DNA of 64,000 bases from Geminicoccus sp. (lineage in GTDB: Bacteria; Pseudomonadota; Alphaproteobacteria; UBA7985): positions 39,892 through 103,891 of the forward strand of contig PAPT01000016.1 in NCBI GenBank assembly GCA_002708995.1. The letters run 5' to 3'. Positions 22,225 through 34,848 of the stretch are shown here, one piece after another. The translations under genes were made by a program, and so were the position numbers. The notes under the pieces were generated by a model. That model ran no database searches. It worked only from the letters and a program-made list of their open reading frames with translations, and was not told the origin of the DNA. The stretch's first letter is position 1. Every line of letters begins with the position of its first letter.

Positions 22225-23469
22225 GTGGGCTGCGCCACCCTGCTACTGGCTGCCGGAAGTGGGACCCGCTTCGGCCCCGATGCACCTAAGGTTCTGACCC
22301 GGCTGCAGGGGCGCCCGGTGCTGCTGTGGTCGCTCGACGCCATGATCGCCGCCGCCTCGGTGGACCACATTGTGATCATGGTCTCTGAGCAGACCATGGA
22401 CGCCGTGGTTGACCTCGTTGAAGGCGTTGAAACCGACAAGATCCTCGACATTGTGCTGGGCGGCGCCCAGCGGCAGGATACCGTCCGCCTGGGCCTCGAA
22501 CACCTCAGCGGTGACGAAGCGCCTGCGCGGGTGCTGATTCACGATGCCGCCCGGCCCGGACTGCTGCCCGGCGATATCGACGCCATTGCGACCCGGCTGG
22601 AAGCCCTCGATGACGGCAGCAGCCAACCTCCGAGCGGGCTCAGCGCGGCCATCCCGACCGCCGATACCCTTGTGCGCTACACTAGCCCCGATGCCCCGCT
22701 GGATCCGGTCGATCGCAGCGGCCTCTATCGGATGCAGACCCCGCAGGGCTTTGCCTTCACCGCTATCCTCGACGCCCACCAGCGCCAGCAGGAGACGGCC
22801 TTCACCTGCGACGCGACGCTGTATCAGGCCGTAGGCGGCAGGGTCGAGCTGATATCCCTGCCCCAGGCTGAACGGCTGATGAAGCTGACCTTCCAATCCG
22901 ACGCAGACAGCCTCGAAGGCCTGCTGGGTCTTGCCGCAGCGGCGCCCACACCTGCGCCGGCTGCGCCCGCAATAGAGAACCGGACCGGTTTCGGCTTCGA
23001 CGTCCACGCCTTTGGCGAAGCAGGGGAAGACGGCGAGCTGGTTCTCGCCGGGGTCACGTTCCCGGGCGAGCGCCCGCTCAAGGGGCATTCGGACGCCGAC
23101 GTCGCGCTCCACGCCCTGACCGACGCCATTTACGGCGGCCTCGTCGAGGGTGATATCGGCCACCACTTTCCGCCCTCGGACCCACAGTGGAAGGGCGCGG
23201 ACAGCACGGTATTCCTCGAACACGCCCTCAGCCTGATCCGAGCCACCGGGGGACGGCTGGTTCACCTCGACCTGACGCTGATCTGCGAGCGGCCGAAAAT
23301 CGGACCCCGGCGGGACGACCTGCGCGCGCGCCTGTCGGCGCTGACCGGGCTGGAACCGGGCCGGATTTCGGTCAAGGCAACGACCACCGAGGGGCTGGGC
23401 TTCGCCGGGCGCGGTGAAGGCATCGCTGCGCAGGCGACCGTCACCCTGCAGCTGCCGACAGCACCGTGA
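22225..23469 (+). CDS. ispDF: Bifunctional IspD/IspF (MEP cytidylyltransferase / MEcPP synthase)
   Basis: AAGSGTRFG (IspD) plus GFDVHAF and GHSDADV (IspF). GTG start. This fusion is typical of alphaproteobacteria. Confidence 0.95.
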   Translation: MGCATLLLAAGSGTRFGPDAPKVLTRLQGRPVLLWSLDAMIAAASVDHIVIMVSEQTMDAVVDLVEGVETDKILDIVLGGAQRQDTVRLGLEHLSGDEAPARVLIHDAARPGLLPGDIDAIATRLEALDDGSSQPPSGLSAAIPTADTLVRYTSPDAPLDPVDRSGLYRMQTPQGFAFTAILDAHQRQQETAFTCDATLYQAVGGRVELISLPQAERLMKLTFQSDADSLEGLLGLAAAAPTPAPAAPAIENRTGFGFDVHAFGEAGEDGELVLAGVTFPGERPLKGHSDADVALHALTDAIYGGLVEGDIGHHFPPSDPQWKGADSTVFLEHALSLIRATGGRLVHLDLTLICERPKIGPRRDDLRARLSALTGLEPGRISVKATTTEGLGFAGRGEGIAAQATVTLQLPTAP

Positions 23470-23987
23470 CGGACCCGCAGGCCATCGCCATCGCTGCAGC
23501 CGCACGACGGCTGATCGCCATCTGTCAGGCCGCAGGCTTACGGCTGGCCGTGGGTGAGAGCTGTACTGGCGGCATGATCACGGCGGCAATCACGGCCCAG
23601 CAAGGCTCGTCGGCCGTCTTCGATGCCGGGATCATCGCCTACGCCAACGAGGCTAAGGAGGGCCTGCTCGGCGTGCCCAAGGACACCATGATCGAGCACG
23701 GTTCGGTCTCTGCCGAAGTCGCCGCCGTGATGGCCGCCGCGGTGCGGCAGCAGCTGCGCGCCGATATCGGTCTGGGGGTCACGGGCGTGGCTGGGCCGGG
23801 CGGTGGCACCCCCGACAAACCCGTGGGGCGGGTTTACCTTCATCTCTCCGGCCCGAACGGGACCGAGCAGGCGCGCGTGTTCGATTTTTCCGGGGACCGC
23901 GAGGCGGTGCGCACTCAGACCGTGGCGGAAGCCTTGGGGCTGGTGCTCGACGCACTCGACCCGGCAGCGCCACCCGCAGCACCATAG
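23466..23987 (+). CDS. CinA-family C-terminal domain protein (PncC-like nicotinamide-nucleotide amidohydrolase)
   Basis: 173 aa with ESCTGGMI and GVTGVAGPGGGTPDKPVGRVY motifs. The start overlaps the ispDF stop (GTGA). Confidence 0.88.
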   Translation: MTDPQAIAIAAAARRLIAICQAAGLRLAVGESCTGGMITAAITAQQGSSAVFDAGIIAYANEAKEGLLGVPKDTMIEHGSVSAEVAAVMAAAVRQQLRADIGLGVTGVAGPGGGTPDKPVGRVYLHLSGPNGTEQARVFDFSGDREAVRTQTVAEALGLVLDALDPAAPPAAP

Positions 23988-24415
23988 AGCGCCCGGGCGC
24001 GCTTTTCGAAGGCGCCGATCATCTGCTTCTGTGCCTCTTCGAACAGAGGCTCGATCAGCCGCTGCAGCAGCGCGCTGCGGAAGGCAAAATCCACATGAAC
24101 CTCGATCTCGCAGCCCTTGCCGTCGGGCAGGTCGCGGAACCGCCACTTGTTGGTCAGATGCCGGAACGGGCCGTCGACCAGCGCCGTATCAATCCGGAGC
24201 GCAGCACGGTCAAAGCGGACATCGGAGGTAAAGCGCTCACGGATCACCTGAAACCCGATCACCAGGTCGGCGATCATGTGCGCGTCGGACTGCTCGCGGA
24301 TGCGCGCGGCGACGCACCAGGGCAGGAATTCGGGGTAGTGCTTGACGTCGGTGACGAGATCGAACATCTGCTCGGCCCGGAATTGCACCACGCGGGTTTG
24401 TTCGACCACCGGCAT
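23915..24415 (-). CDS. SRPBCC/START-domain protein (RatA / COQ10-like)
   Basis: MPVVEQTRVV...VTDVKHYPEFLPWC is typical of this family. It lies adjacent to lipA as in many alphaproteobacteria. The 3' end overlaps cinA by 73 nt. Confidence 0.85.
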   Translation of the reverse strand: MPVVEQTRVVQFRAEQMFDLVTDVKHYPEFLPWCVAARIREQSDAHMIADLVIGFQVIRERFTSDVRFDRAALRIDTALVDGPFRHLTNKWRFRDLPDGKGCEIEVHVDFAFRSALLQRLIEPLFEEAQKQMIGAFEKRARALYGAAGGAAGSSASSTSPKASATV

Positions 24416-24420
24416 GGGTT

Positions 24421-25353
24421 TCAGGCCGCCTTCGACTGCCGCGCGGCGCGCAGGCGTTCGAAGTCCTCTCCGGCGTGGTAGGAGGACCGGGTCAGCGGCG
24501 TGGCTGAAACCATCAGGAACCCCTTGCCGTAGGCCATGGTTTCGTATTCGCGAAACTCATCGGGGGTGATGAAGGCCTCGACCGCATGGTGCTTGGGCGT
24601 GGGCTGCAGGTACTGGCCGATGGTCAGGAAGTCGACGTCGGCAGCGCGAAGGTCATCCATGACCTGCGCCACTTCCATTTTCTTCTCACCCAGGCCGACC
24701 ATGATCCCGGACTTGGTGAAAGCCAGCGGGTCACGCTCCTTGACCCGTGCGAGCAGGCGCAGCGACTCAAAGTAACGCGCGCCGGGCCGCACTTCGGCGT
24801 AGAGCCCGGGGACGGTTTCAAGATTGTGGTTGAACACGTCCGGCTTGGCGTCGGCCACGACCTTCCACGCATCACGCTTGCGCAGGAAATCCGGCGTCAG
24901 CACCTCGATCGTTGTCTCCGGGGACGCTTCGTGCACCGCCAGAATGGTTTCGGCAAAGTGCCCTGCCCCGCCGTCGTCCAGATCATCGCGGTCAACGGAG
25001 GTGATGACAACGTGGCTCAGCCCCAGTGACTTGACCGCCTGGGCCACGTTGGTCGGCTCGAAGGGGTTGAGCACGCCGGGCTTGCCGGTGGCGACATTGC
25101 AGAAAGTGCAGGCGCGGGTGCAGACCTCCCCCATGATCATCATGGTCGCGTGCTTCTTCGACCAGCACTCGCCGATGTTGGGACAGCCCGCTTCCTCGCA
25201 CACGGTCGACAGCGACAGCGAGCGCATGATCTCCCGGGTTTCCTTGTACCCGGCCGAGGTCGGCGCCTTGACCCTGATCCAGTCCGGTTTCTTCGGCTGG
25301 GGGGCGCTGTCGGGCCGGTGGGCTTTCTCCGGATGGCGGAGCGGGTCGCTCAT
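24421..25353 (-). CDS. lipA: Lipoyl synthase
   Basis: [12 protein letters not shown] auxiliary cluster and radical-SAM [10 protein letters not shown]. Confidence 0.97.
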   Translation of the reverse strand: MSDPLRHPEKAHRPDSAPQPKKPDWIRVKAPTSAGYKETREIMRSLSLSTVCEEAGCPNIGECWSKKHATMMIMGEVCTRACTFCNVATGKPGVLNPFEPTNVAQAVKSLGLSHVVITSVDRDDLDDGGAGHFAETILAVHEASPETTIEVLTPDFLRKRDAWKVVADAKPDVFNHNLETVPGLYAEVRPGARYFESLRLLARVKERDPLAFTKSGIMVGLGEKKMEVAQVMDDLRAADVDFLTIGQYLQPTPKHHAVEAFITPDEFREYETMAYGKGFLMVSATPLTRSSYHAGEDFERLRAARQSKAA

Positions 25354-25377
25354 GTCGTCTCCTTTGGGCGGGTCGCG

Positions 25378-26781
<1,404 letters not shown>

Positions 26782-26795
26782 GCTTGGGTCTCCGG

Positions 26796-28136
26796 TTACA
26801 GCAGCATCGAGAGCGGGTTTTCCAGCCGTTGCTGGAAGGCATTAAGCCAGCGGGCGCCGACTGCGCCATCGACCACGCGGTGGTCACAGGACAGCGTCAC
26901 CGACATGACCGTGGCGATGGCGAGCTCATCCCCCTTGTCCGCGGTGCGCACGACCGGGCGCTTTTCGCCCTTACCGACGGCGAGAATGGCACCGTGGGGC
27001 GGATTAATCACCGCGGCGAATTCGCGGATGCCGAACATGCCGAGGTTGGAGATGGTGAAGGTGCCGCCCTGATACTCATGCGGCTTCAGAGCCCCCTCGC
27101 GGGCGCGGGTGGCGAGGTCGACCATCTCGGCGCTGATCTTGGGCAGGCCCTTGGTCTGCACGTCGCGAATCACCGGAGTGATCAGGCCGTTCTCGGTTGC
27201 CACGGCCACCGCGACGTCGGCTGAAGCGTAGTTCAGCACGGCATCGCCCGCCCAGCTGGCGTTGGTGTCCGGCTCGTCCATCAGCGCTTTGGCCGAAGCA
27301 AGGATGATCATGTCGTTGACCGAAATCTTCACGCCTTCAGGCACGGCCTTGTTGATCTGACCGCGCAGGGCGAGCAGCGCGTCCAACTCGATGTCAACGG
27401 TGAGGTAGAAGTGCGGGACGGTCTGCTTGGCCTCGACCAGACGACGCGCGATGGTCTTGCGCATGTTGTTCGCCGGGATTTCCTCGTAGGCCATATCCAG
27501 CTGTGCTGCGATCTTGCGCGGGTCCAGGCCGGCGCCGGCAGGCATGGGCTGACCGGCTGCGGCTGAAGACGGCGCAGAGGCTGCGGCCCGAGGGGCAGCC
27601 TTGGCGCCGCCGCCGGCGATGGCGGATTCAATATCACGCTTGACGACGCGGCCGTTCGGGCCGCTGCCGCCGATGGCCGACAGGTCCAGCCCGTTCTGGG
27701 ACGCCAGACGGCGGGCAAGCGGCGAAGCAAGAACACTGTCTCCGCTGGTAGCAGGCGCCGCGACCGGTGCCGGAGCGGCAACGAGTGCCTTTTCAGGCGC
27801 AGCGGCTGCGGGTGCAGGTGCAGGTGCAGGTGCAGGTGCAGGTGCGGGCGCAGGCGCTCCGCCACCGCCGGCTTGAACGCTTGCGGGGTCTTCGCCCTCG
27901 TCTGCGAGGACGGCAATTACGGCGTTCACCGCCACGCCTTCGGTCCCGGCAGCAACGATGAGCTTGGCGACAACGCCTTCATCGACGGCCTCGACCTCCA
28001 TGGTCGCCTTATCGGTTTCGATCTCGGCGATGACATCGCCGCTGGCAACGCTGTCGCCTTCCTTGACCAGCCACTTGGCCAGCGTGCCTTCTTCCATAGT
28101 GGGCGACAGCGCTGGCATCAGAATATCGACGGACAT
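26796..28136 (-). CDS. pdhC: Pyruvate dehydrogenase E2 (dihydrolipoamide acetyltransferase)
   Basis: Lipoyl domain EIETDKATMEVE, an (AP)n linker, an E3-binding domain and the catalytic SCDHRVVDG. Confidence 0.95.
   Translation of the reverse strand: MSVDILMPALSPTMEEGTLAKWLVKEGDSVASGDVIAEIETDKATMEVEAVDEGVVAKLIVAAGTEGVAVNAVIAVLADEGEDPASVQAGGGGAPAPAPAPAPAPAPAPAAAAPEKALVAAPAPVAAPATSGDSVLASPLARRLASQNGLDLSAIGGSGPNGRVVKRDIESAIAGGGAKAAPRAAASAPSSAAAGQPMPAGAGLDPRKIAAQLDMAYEEIPANNMRKTIARRLVEAKQTVPHFYLTVDIELDALLALRGQINKAVPEGVKISVNDMIILASAKALMDEPDTNASWAGDAVLNYASADVAVAVATENGLITPVIRDVQTKGLPKISAEMVDLATRAREGALKPHEYQGGTFTISNLGMFGIREFAAVINPPHGAILAVGKGEKRPVVRTADKGDELAIATVMSVTLSCDHRVVDGAVGARWLNAFQQRLENPLSMLL
27811..27858. 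repeat. Hexanucleotide tandem repeat (GGTGCA x5, then 3 degenerate units) encoding the (Ala-Pro)n linker of PdhC
   Basis: Read directly. In frame on the minus strand it gives APAPAPAPAPAPAPAP. Confidence 0.9.
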
Positions 28137-28139
28137 GGC

Positions 28140-29537
<1,398 letters not shown>

Positions 29538-29554
29538 CGTCTGCTCTCCCCGTC

Positions 29555-30571
29555 TCAGGCTGCTGCAATGGTAACGTCGGTGTAGAGCTCGTCGGGTGAC
29601 GGCTCGGGGGAGGACTGGGCAAAGTCAGCGGACTTGGCGACCACGGCCTTAACATCCTTGTCGATGGCCTTGAGCGCGGCTTCGTCGGCTATGCCATCGC
29701 CGAGCAGCTTTTCGCGCAAGCGCTCGATCGGGTCCTGCTCGGTGCGGTACTTCTGCACCTCTTCCTTGGTCCGGTACTTGGCGGGGTCGGACATCGAATG
29801 CCCGCGATAGCGGTAGGTCATGGCCTCCAGCACGAACGGCCCCTTGCCCGAGCGGACGTGCTTGATCGCCTTGCCCACCTCGGTCGCCATCGCCTCGACA
29901 TCCATGCCGTCGACTCGGGCGCCGGGAATGCCGTAGGGCTTGCCGCGCGCCGCGTAGTCCGTCACCGCCGCCGCACGCTCGGTCGAGGTGCCCATCGCGT
30001 AGCGGTTGTTCTCGCAGACAAACAGGATCGGCAGCTGCCAAAGCGAGGCCATGTTCATGGTCTCGGCCACCTGCCCCTGATTGGCGGCACCATCGCCGTA
30101 GTAGGCAACCGCAATCCCGCCGTCGTCGTTGTACTTGTGAGCGAAGGCCAGACCGGCCCCCAGCGCAACCTGCGCCGCAACAATGCCGTGACCACCGAAG
30201 AACCGGGTTTCAGTCGAAAACATGTGCATCGACCCGCCCTTGCCCTTGGAATAGCCGCCTTCGCGCCCAGTGAGCTCCGCCATAACCCCGTCAGGGTCCA
30301 TCCCGGTGGCGAGCATGTGCCCGTGGTCGCGGTAGCCGGTGATCACGCTGTCCTTGCCCGTCTCAAGCTCGTGCTGGATGCCGACGACGACAGCCTCCTG
30401 CCCGATATACAGGTGACAGAAGCCGCCGATCAGGCCCATGCCGTAGAGCTGGCCTGCCTTCTCCTCGAAGCGGCGGATCAGCAGCATGTCCTTGTAAAAC
30501 GTGGTCAGTTGGTCGTTATCGAACTGCTTGTTCGAAGCGCGTTTGCTGGTTTTGCGCGCTGTGGTCGCCAT
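29555..30571 (-). CDS. pdhA: Pyruvate dehydrogenase E1 alpha subunit
   Basis: ORF 29555..30640 trimmed to [10 protein letters not shown]. The discarded 23 codons translate an AT-rich palindromic spacer. TPP motif YGDGAANQG...CENN. Confidence 0.93.
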   Translation of the reverse strand: MATTARKTSKRASNKQFDNDQLTTFYKDMLLIRRFEEKAGQLYGMGLIGGFCHLYIGQEAVVVGIQHELETGKDSVITGYRDHGHMLATGMDPDGVMAELTGREGGYSKGKGGSMHMFSTETRFFGGHGIVAAQVALGAGLAFAHKYNDDGGIAVAYYGDGAANQGQVAETMNMASLWQLPILFVCENNRYAMGTSTERAAAVTDYAARGKPYGIPGARVDGMDVEAMATEVGKAIKHVRSGKGPFVLEAMTYRYRGHSMSDPAKYRTKEEVQKYRTEQDPIERLREKLLGDGIADEAALKAIDKDVKAVVAKSADFAQSSPEPSPDELYTDVTIAAA

Positions 30572-30697
30572 GGCCGATTTCCGTCTTTTGGGGAATAGGG
30601 ATCTACGCCACCAAAATACCGGTATTTTCGCGAAAAACAATCATACTTAAATATCTGTAAAAAAACAGTTATTTATTGATTAACCATAAATTGGTTA

Positions 30698-31012
30698 TTA
30701 ATCCCCATCGTAGACGATGATCATCTCGTCCTGACGGACGTATCCTAGCTCGATCCGCGCCCGCTCCTCGAGCATATCCAGATCCACCGGCGTATCGCGG
30801 AGCAGGGCCACGTCCCGTTCGAGCGCGCGCTGTTCCTGCTGCAGGTCCGACAGCATGGCCTGCGCGGTATCTAGCTCCGTGCTGATGGCCAGATAAGCGA
30901 GGAAGCCACGCTCTCCGGTGATCAGGTGGAAGATGAAGTACAGGCAAGCCGCCGCGAAGACGGCGGGGATCAGGTAAATGCGGGCAAGTTGGGTCAGCCG
31001 ACGGGCAAACAT
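30698..31012 (-). CDS. ftsB: Septum formation initiator family protein (FtsB-like)
   Basis: ORF 30698..31084 trimmed to MFARRL. One TM segment (IPAVFAAACLYFIFHLI) is followed by a coiled coil and the conserved ARIELGYVRQDE. Confidence 0.8.
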   Translation of the reverse strand: MFARRLTQLARIYLIPAVFAAACLYFIFHLITGERGFLAYLAISTELDTAQAMLSDLQQEQRALERDVALLRDTPVDLDMLEERARIELGYVRQDEMIIVYDGD

Positions 31013-31146
31013 AGCGATGGGTCTCTGAATAAGTCTCTGAAATCGGGTCGTTAAGGGCCGGGGAAACAGCCCGGAACTGCTCAAATGTTGCGCATAATAT
31101 AAACCAGTCGTTGCAGGAAAGCGAGCCCTCGCCTAGTTCATCGGGC

Positions 31147-32208
31147 ATGAGAAGCGATACCGCCCGCGATTGGTCACAGCAGGATGCGCGCCTGACCCGA
31201 CTGGGCTGGCGCGATCGAGTGCTGCTCGCACCCATGTCGGGCGTGACCGACCGCCCTTTCCGTGATCATATCCGCAGCCTCGGTCAGGGGCAGGTGGTAA
31301 CCGAGATGATTGCCTCGGAGGCCGCGATTCGGGAGATCAAGGACAGCCGCAAGCTCAACCAGGCCATCGATGACGAGCCCGGCATCATTGTCCAGCTCGC
31401 CGGCACCGAACCTGCACTGATCGCGGAAGCCGCGCGGATGATGGAGGCGCGCGGCGCCCACACCATCGACCTCAACTTCGGTTGCCCAGCGCGCAAGGTC
31501 GTGCACAAGGCTTCCGGCTCGGCCGTCATGCGCGATGAGGCCTTGTGCGGCGCGATTTTTGATGCGGTGCGGGCCGCCATCGAAGTTCCCCTGACCGTGA
31601 AGATGCGGCTGGGCTGGGACGACGACAGCTTCAATGCCCCCAAACTGGCCGCGCTGGCAGAACGGGCGGGACTGGACGGCATTACCGTTCATGGCCGCAC
31701 CCGCTGCCAGTTCTATAAGGGGCAAGCTGACTGGAGGCGCGTTGGTGCAGTGGTCGAGGCCACCACGCTGCCCGTGCTGGTCAACGGCGATATCTGCAGC
31801 CGCGAGGATGCCGACAGGGCGCTGGCGCAGTCAGGCGCAGCGGGGGTGATGATCGGGCGCGGCGCGCAGGATCGGCCCTGGCTCATCGATCAGACCGTGG
31901 ACCACCTCGCCGGCCGCCGGCCGAGGAAGGCGCCGGACGCCGCGACGCGCAGCGCCCAGCTCTGCGCCCTTATCGACCGGATGCTGTCCTACCACGGCAC
32001 GGCCCACGGGCTACGGCAGGTGCGCAAGCATGTTTCCTCGGCGCTTCTCGGCATCGACAAGGCTGCGGCTTACCGGAAGGCTGCCAACACCACCGATGAC
32101 CCGGCGCAGATGATCGCCGTCATCCACGCATTTTTCATCGAAGCCGGAGCCGTTGAGGGCGACGGAATCACTGCGCCGGACACCCCGGCGCTGACCATCG
32201 CGGCCTGA
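31147..32208 (+). CDS. dusB: tRNA-dihydrouridine synthase (NifR3/DusB family)
   Basis: LAPMSGVTDRPFR, NFGCPARKV and VHGRTR motifs. Lies upstream of ntrBC. ATG 31147 is preferred to TTG 31111. Confidence 0.92.
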   Translation: MRSDTARDWSQQDARLTRLGWRDRVLLAPMSGVTDRPFRDHIRSLGQGQVVTEMIASEAAIREIKDSRKLNQAIDDEPGIIVQLAGTEPALIAEAARMMEARGAHTIDLNFGCPARKVVHKASGSAVMRDEALCGAIFDAVRAAIEVPLTVKMRLGWDDDSFNAPKLAALAERAGLDGITVHGRTRCQFYKGQADWRRVGAVVEATTLPVLVNGDICSREDADRALAQSGAAGVMIGRGAQDRPWLIDQTVDHLAGRRPRKAPDAATRSAQLCALIDRMLSYHGTAHGLRQVRKHVSSALLGIDKAAAYRKAANTTDDPAQMIAVIHAFFIEAGAVEGDGITAPDTPALTIAA

Positions 32209-32227
32209 CGACAAAGGGGCGTCATCC

Positions 32228-33301
32228 ATGACCCTGTCTTCGAACATTATCCTCGAAAGCCTGCCCCACCCGGTGATCGTGGTGGATCAGGACAACTGCG
32301 TGCGCGCCGCTAACCCGGCGGCCGAGGATTTGCTGCAGCACTCGGCCGAAGTGCTCAACGGCACGCCCCTGACCGACTACGTGCCCGCTGACAACCCGCT
32401 GATCAGCCTGATCGACGTCGCCCGCAACCGGCAAAACTCGGCCAGCGAGTTCGACATCCACCTGGAAAGCCCGAAAATCGGGGAGCACAGCGTCACCGCC
32501 CACGTCTCGCCCCTACTCCATCGCGCCGAAGAAGAAGGCGCCGTGATTATCAGCCTGCTCCCGCGCGGGATGACAGCAACGCTCGACCAGCAGCTGACCA
32601 ACATCAACGCCGGTCGCTCAATGTCTTCGATGGGCTCCATGCTTGCCCACGAAATCAAGAACCCACTCGCGGGGATGAAGGGCGCGGCCCAGCTGCTCTC
32701 TCTTAGCATCGAGGATGAAGAAGACCGGCAGCTGACCGCACTAATCGAGGAAGAGGTCGACCGGATTTCCAGCCTGATCGAGCGTATGGAGGTTTTCGGG
32801 AACTTCGAGAGCAGTGTCGCCGAAGCGGTGAACATCCACGAGGTGCTCAACCATGTCCTAACGCTGGCCGAGAACAGCTTCGGGGCCAGCGTGACCTTCA
32901 AGCGGGACTTTGACCCCTCGCTGCCCTTCGTCGCCGGCCACAAGGACTCGCTGATCCAAATCGCGCTCAATTTGGTAAAAAACAGCTGCGAGGCCGTCCC
33001 CGAAGAGCGCGGGGAAGTCACCCTGTCCACCCGCTACCGGCTGGGAACGCGCATGTCGCCCGGCGGCAGCGGAGAACGCGTCGAATTGCCGCTTCATCTG
33101 ATGATTACCGATAACGGCCCCGGCATTCCGGCTGCGCTGGGAGAAACCGTGTTCGACCCCTTCGTGACCAGCAACAAGGCACGTGGAACGGGGCTTGGAC
33201 TGGCGCTGGTCTCCAAGCTGACCGACGACATGGGCGGGTTCGTCGACTTTGAGTCCGAGCCGGGCAAAACTGTCTTTCGGCTACAATTGCCTATGTATTG
33301 A
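32228..33301 (+). CDS. ntrB: Nitrogen regulation sensor histidine kinase NtrB
   Basis: PAS domain, H-box [11 protein letters not shown], and N/G boxes ([23 protein letters not shown]). Confidence 0.92.
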   Translation: MTLSSNIILESLPHPVIVVDQDNCVRAANPAAEDLLQHSAEVLNGTPLTDYVPADNPLISLIDVARNRQNSASEFDIHLESPKIGEHSVTAHVSPLLHRAEEEGAVIISLLPRGMTATLDQQLTNINAGRSMSSMGSMLAHEIKNPLAGMKGAAQLLSLSIEDEEDRQLTALIEEEVDRISSLIERMEVFGNFESSVAEAVNIHEVLNHVLTLAENSFGASVTFKRDFDPSLPFVAGHKDSLIQIALNLVKNSCEAVPEERGEVTLSTRYRLGTRMSPGGSGERVELPLHLMITDNGPGIPAALGETVFDPFVTSNKARGTGLGLALVSKLTDDMGGFVDFESEPGKTVFRLQLPMY

Positions 33302-33347
33302 GCATTTTGGCTTTTCCTCCCCGAGGTTTCGGTCTAAATGCTTAAAT

Positions 33348-34826
33348 ATGTTGCAGACAAATGCCACAATTCTGATTGCTGACGATGACCGCGCGATCCG
33401 CGCCGTGCTGTCCCGTGCCCTTGGCCGGGTCGGCCACCGGGTCCGCGCGACCGGCAACGCTTCAACGCTATGGCAGTGGGTTCAGGCCGGTGACGGTGAT
33501 CTGGTGATCACGGACGTGCACATGCCCGACGGTGACGGTCTGGAGCTGGTGCCGCGTATCCGGGCCTTGCGGCCCGATATGTCGGTGATCGTGATGTCGG
33601 CGCAGAATACGCTGGTGACGGCGGTGAAGGCGACCGACCGCGGCGCCTTCGAATATCTGCCCAAGCCCTTTGATCTGACCGAATTGCTGAACGCGGTCGA
33701 GCGCGGCCTCGCCCAGCCGACCCAGCGCGCAACGGCGGCGAAGGAATTCAAGGAACGCCAAGAAGACCGCGAAACCGGGCGGCTGGACCGCCTGCCGCTT
33801 ATTGGCCGCTCCGGGGCGATGCAGGACATTTACCGGGTCATCGCCCGGCTCGTGAAGACCGACCTGACCGCCCTAATCACCGGTGAGAGCGGCACGGGCA
33901 AGGAGCTGATCGCCCGCGCCCTGCACAACTTCTCCCGCCGCCGCGAGGCACCCTTCGTCGCCGTCAACATGGCAGCGATCCCCAAGGAGCTGATCGAAAG
34001 CGAGCTGTTCGGCCACGAAAAGGGTTCTTTCACCGGCGCCAACTCCCGCTTTGACGGCAAATTCAGCCAGGCCCAGTACGGCACCCTGTTCCTCGACGAG
34101 ATCGGCGACATGCCGCAGGAGGCTCAGACACGGCTGCTGCGTGTGCTGCAGGAAGGCGAGTTCACTCGGATCGGCGGCAGCCAGAAGATCAAGGCCGACG
34201 TCCGTATCGTCGCTGCGACCCACCGGGATCTGACAGCGGCGGTCAAGGCCGGGCTGTTCCGCGAAGACCTGTTTTACCGCATCAACGTGGTGCCGGTGCG
34301 GGTACCACCTCTGCGCGAGCGGCTCGATGATATCCCGGATCTGGTCCGGCATTTCGTCGATCAGAACACCGCCCAGGGCCTACCGCACAAGTCGTTCACC
34401 GCCGAGGCCTTCGACGAGCTGAAAAGGCACCGCTGGCCGGGCAACGTCCGCGAGCTCGAAAACAGCATCCGGCGCATCTGCGCGCTTTACTCGGAAAACG
34501 AAATCGACGCTGACGTGGTGGTGAAGGAGCTGGCAGGATCTCTCACTGGGCAGAACGAGACCGCCCACGCCTCCCTTCGACAAGCCGTGGATCAACACCT
34601 TCGCGCCTTTTTCTCGGCCCATACGCATGGTTTACCCTCAGCCGGTCTTTACAACCGTATCCTGCGGGAAGTGGAAAAACCCCTGATCGAGCAGACCCTC
34701 GATGCCACCCGCGGCAATCAGATCCGCGCCGCTGAAGTGCTGGGCTTGAACCGAAACACGCTTCGGAAGAAAATACGGGATCTGGATATTGAGGTGGTCC
34801 GGGGCCTGCGACGACCAGACGACTGA
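33348..34826 (+). CDS. ntrC: Nitrogen regulation response regulator NtrC (sigma-54 activator)
   Basis: ORF 33249..34826 trimmed to [14 protein letters not shown]. Receiver domain, Walker [15 protein letters not shown] loop and C-terminal Fis-type HTH. Confidence 0.94.
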   Translation: MLQTNATILIADDDRAIRAVLSRALGRVGHRVRATGNASTLWQWVQAGDGDLVITDVHMPDGDGLELVPRIRALRPDMSVIVMSAQNTLVTAVKATDRGAFEYLPKPFDLTELLNAVERGLAQPTQRATAAKEFKERQEDRETGRLDRLPLIGRSGAMQDIYRVIARLVKTDLTALITGESGTGKELIARALHNFSRRREAPFVAVNMAAIPKELIESELFGHEKGSFTGANSRFDGKFSQAQYGTLFLDEIGDMPQEAQTRLLRVLQEGEFTRIGGSQKIKADVRIVAATHRDLTAAVKAGLFREDLFYRINVVPVRVPPLRERLDDIPDLVRHFVDQNTAQGLPHKSFTAEAFDELKRHRWPGNVRELENSIRRICALYSENEIDADVVVKELAGSLTGQNETAHASLRQAVDQHLRAFFSAHTHGLPSAGLYNRILREVEKPLIEQTLDATRGNQIRAAEVLGLNRNTLRKKIRDLDIEVVRGLRRPDD

Positions 34827-34848
34827 TCGGATCACACCTCGATGAAGC

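Noticed and set aside
23915-24415. RatA annotated in databases as a type II toxin; is this a toxin-antitoxin module?
   Set aside because: There is no adjacent small antitoxin-like gene. The protein is a START/COQ10-like domain in the conserved alphaproteobacterial position next to lipA, so a housekeeping role is more likely than a TA system.
27811-27858. Short regular repeats here and at 46585..46668; a CRISPR-like array?
   Set aside because: The units are contiguous with no spacers, only 6 or 18 bp long, in frame inside pdhC and trpC, and encode low-complexity peptide linkers.
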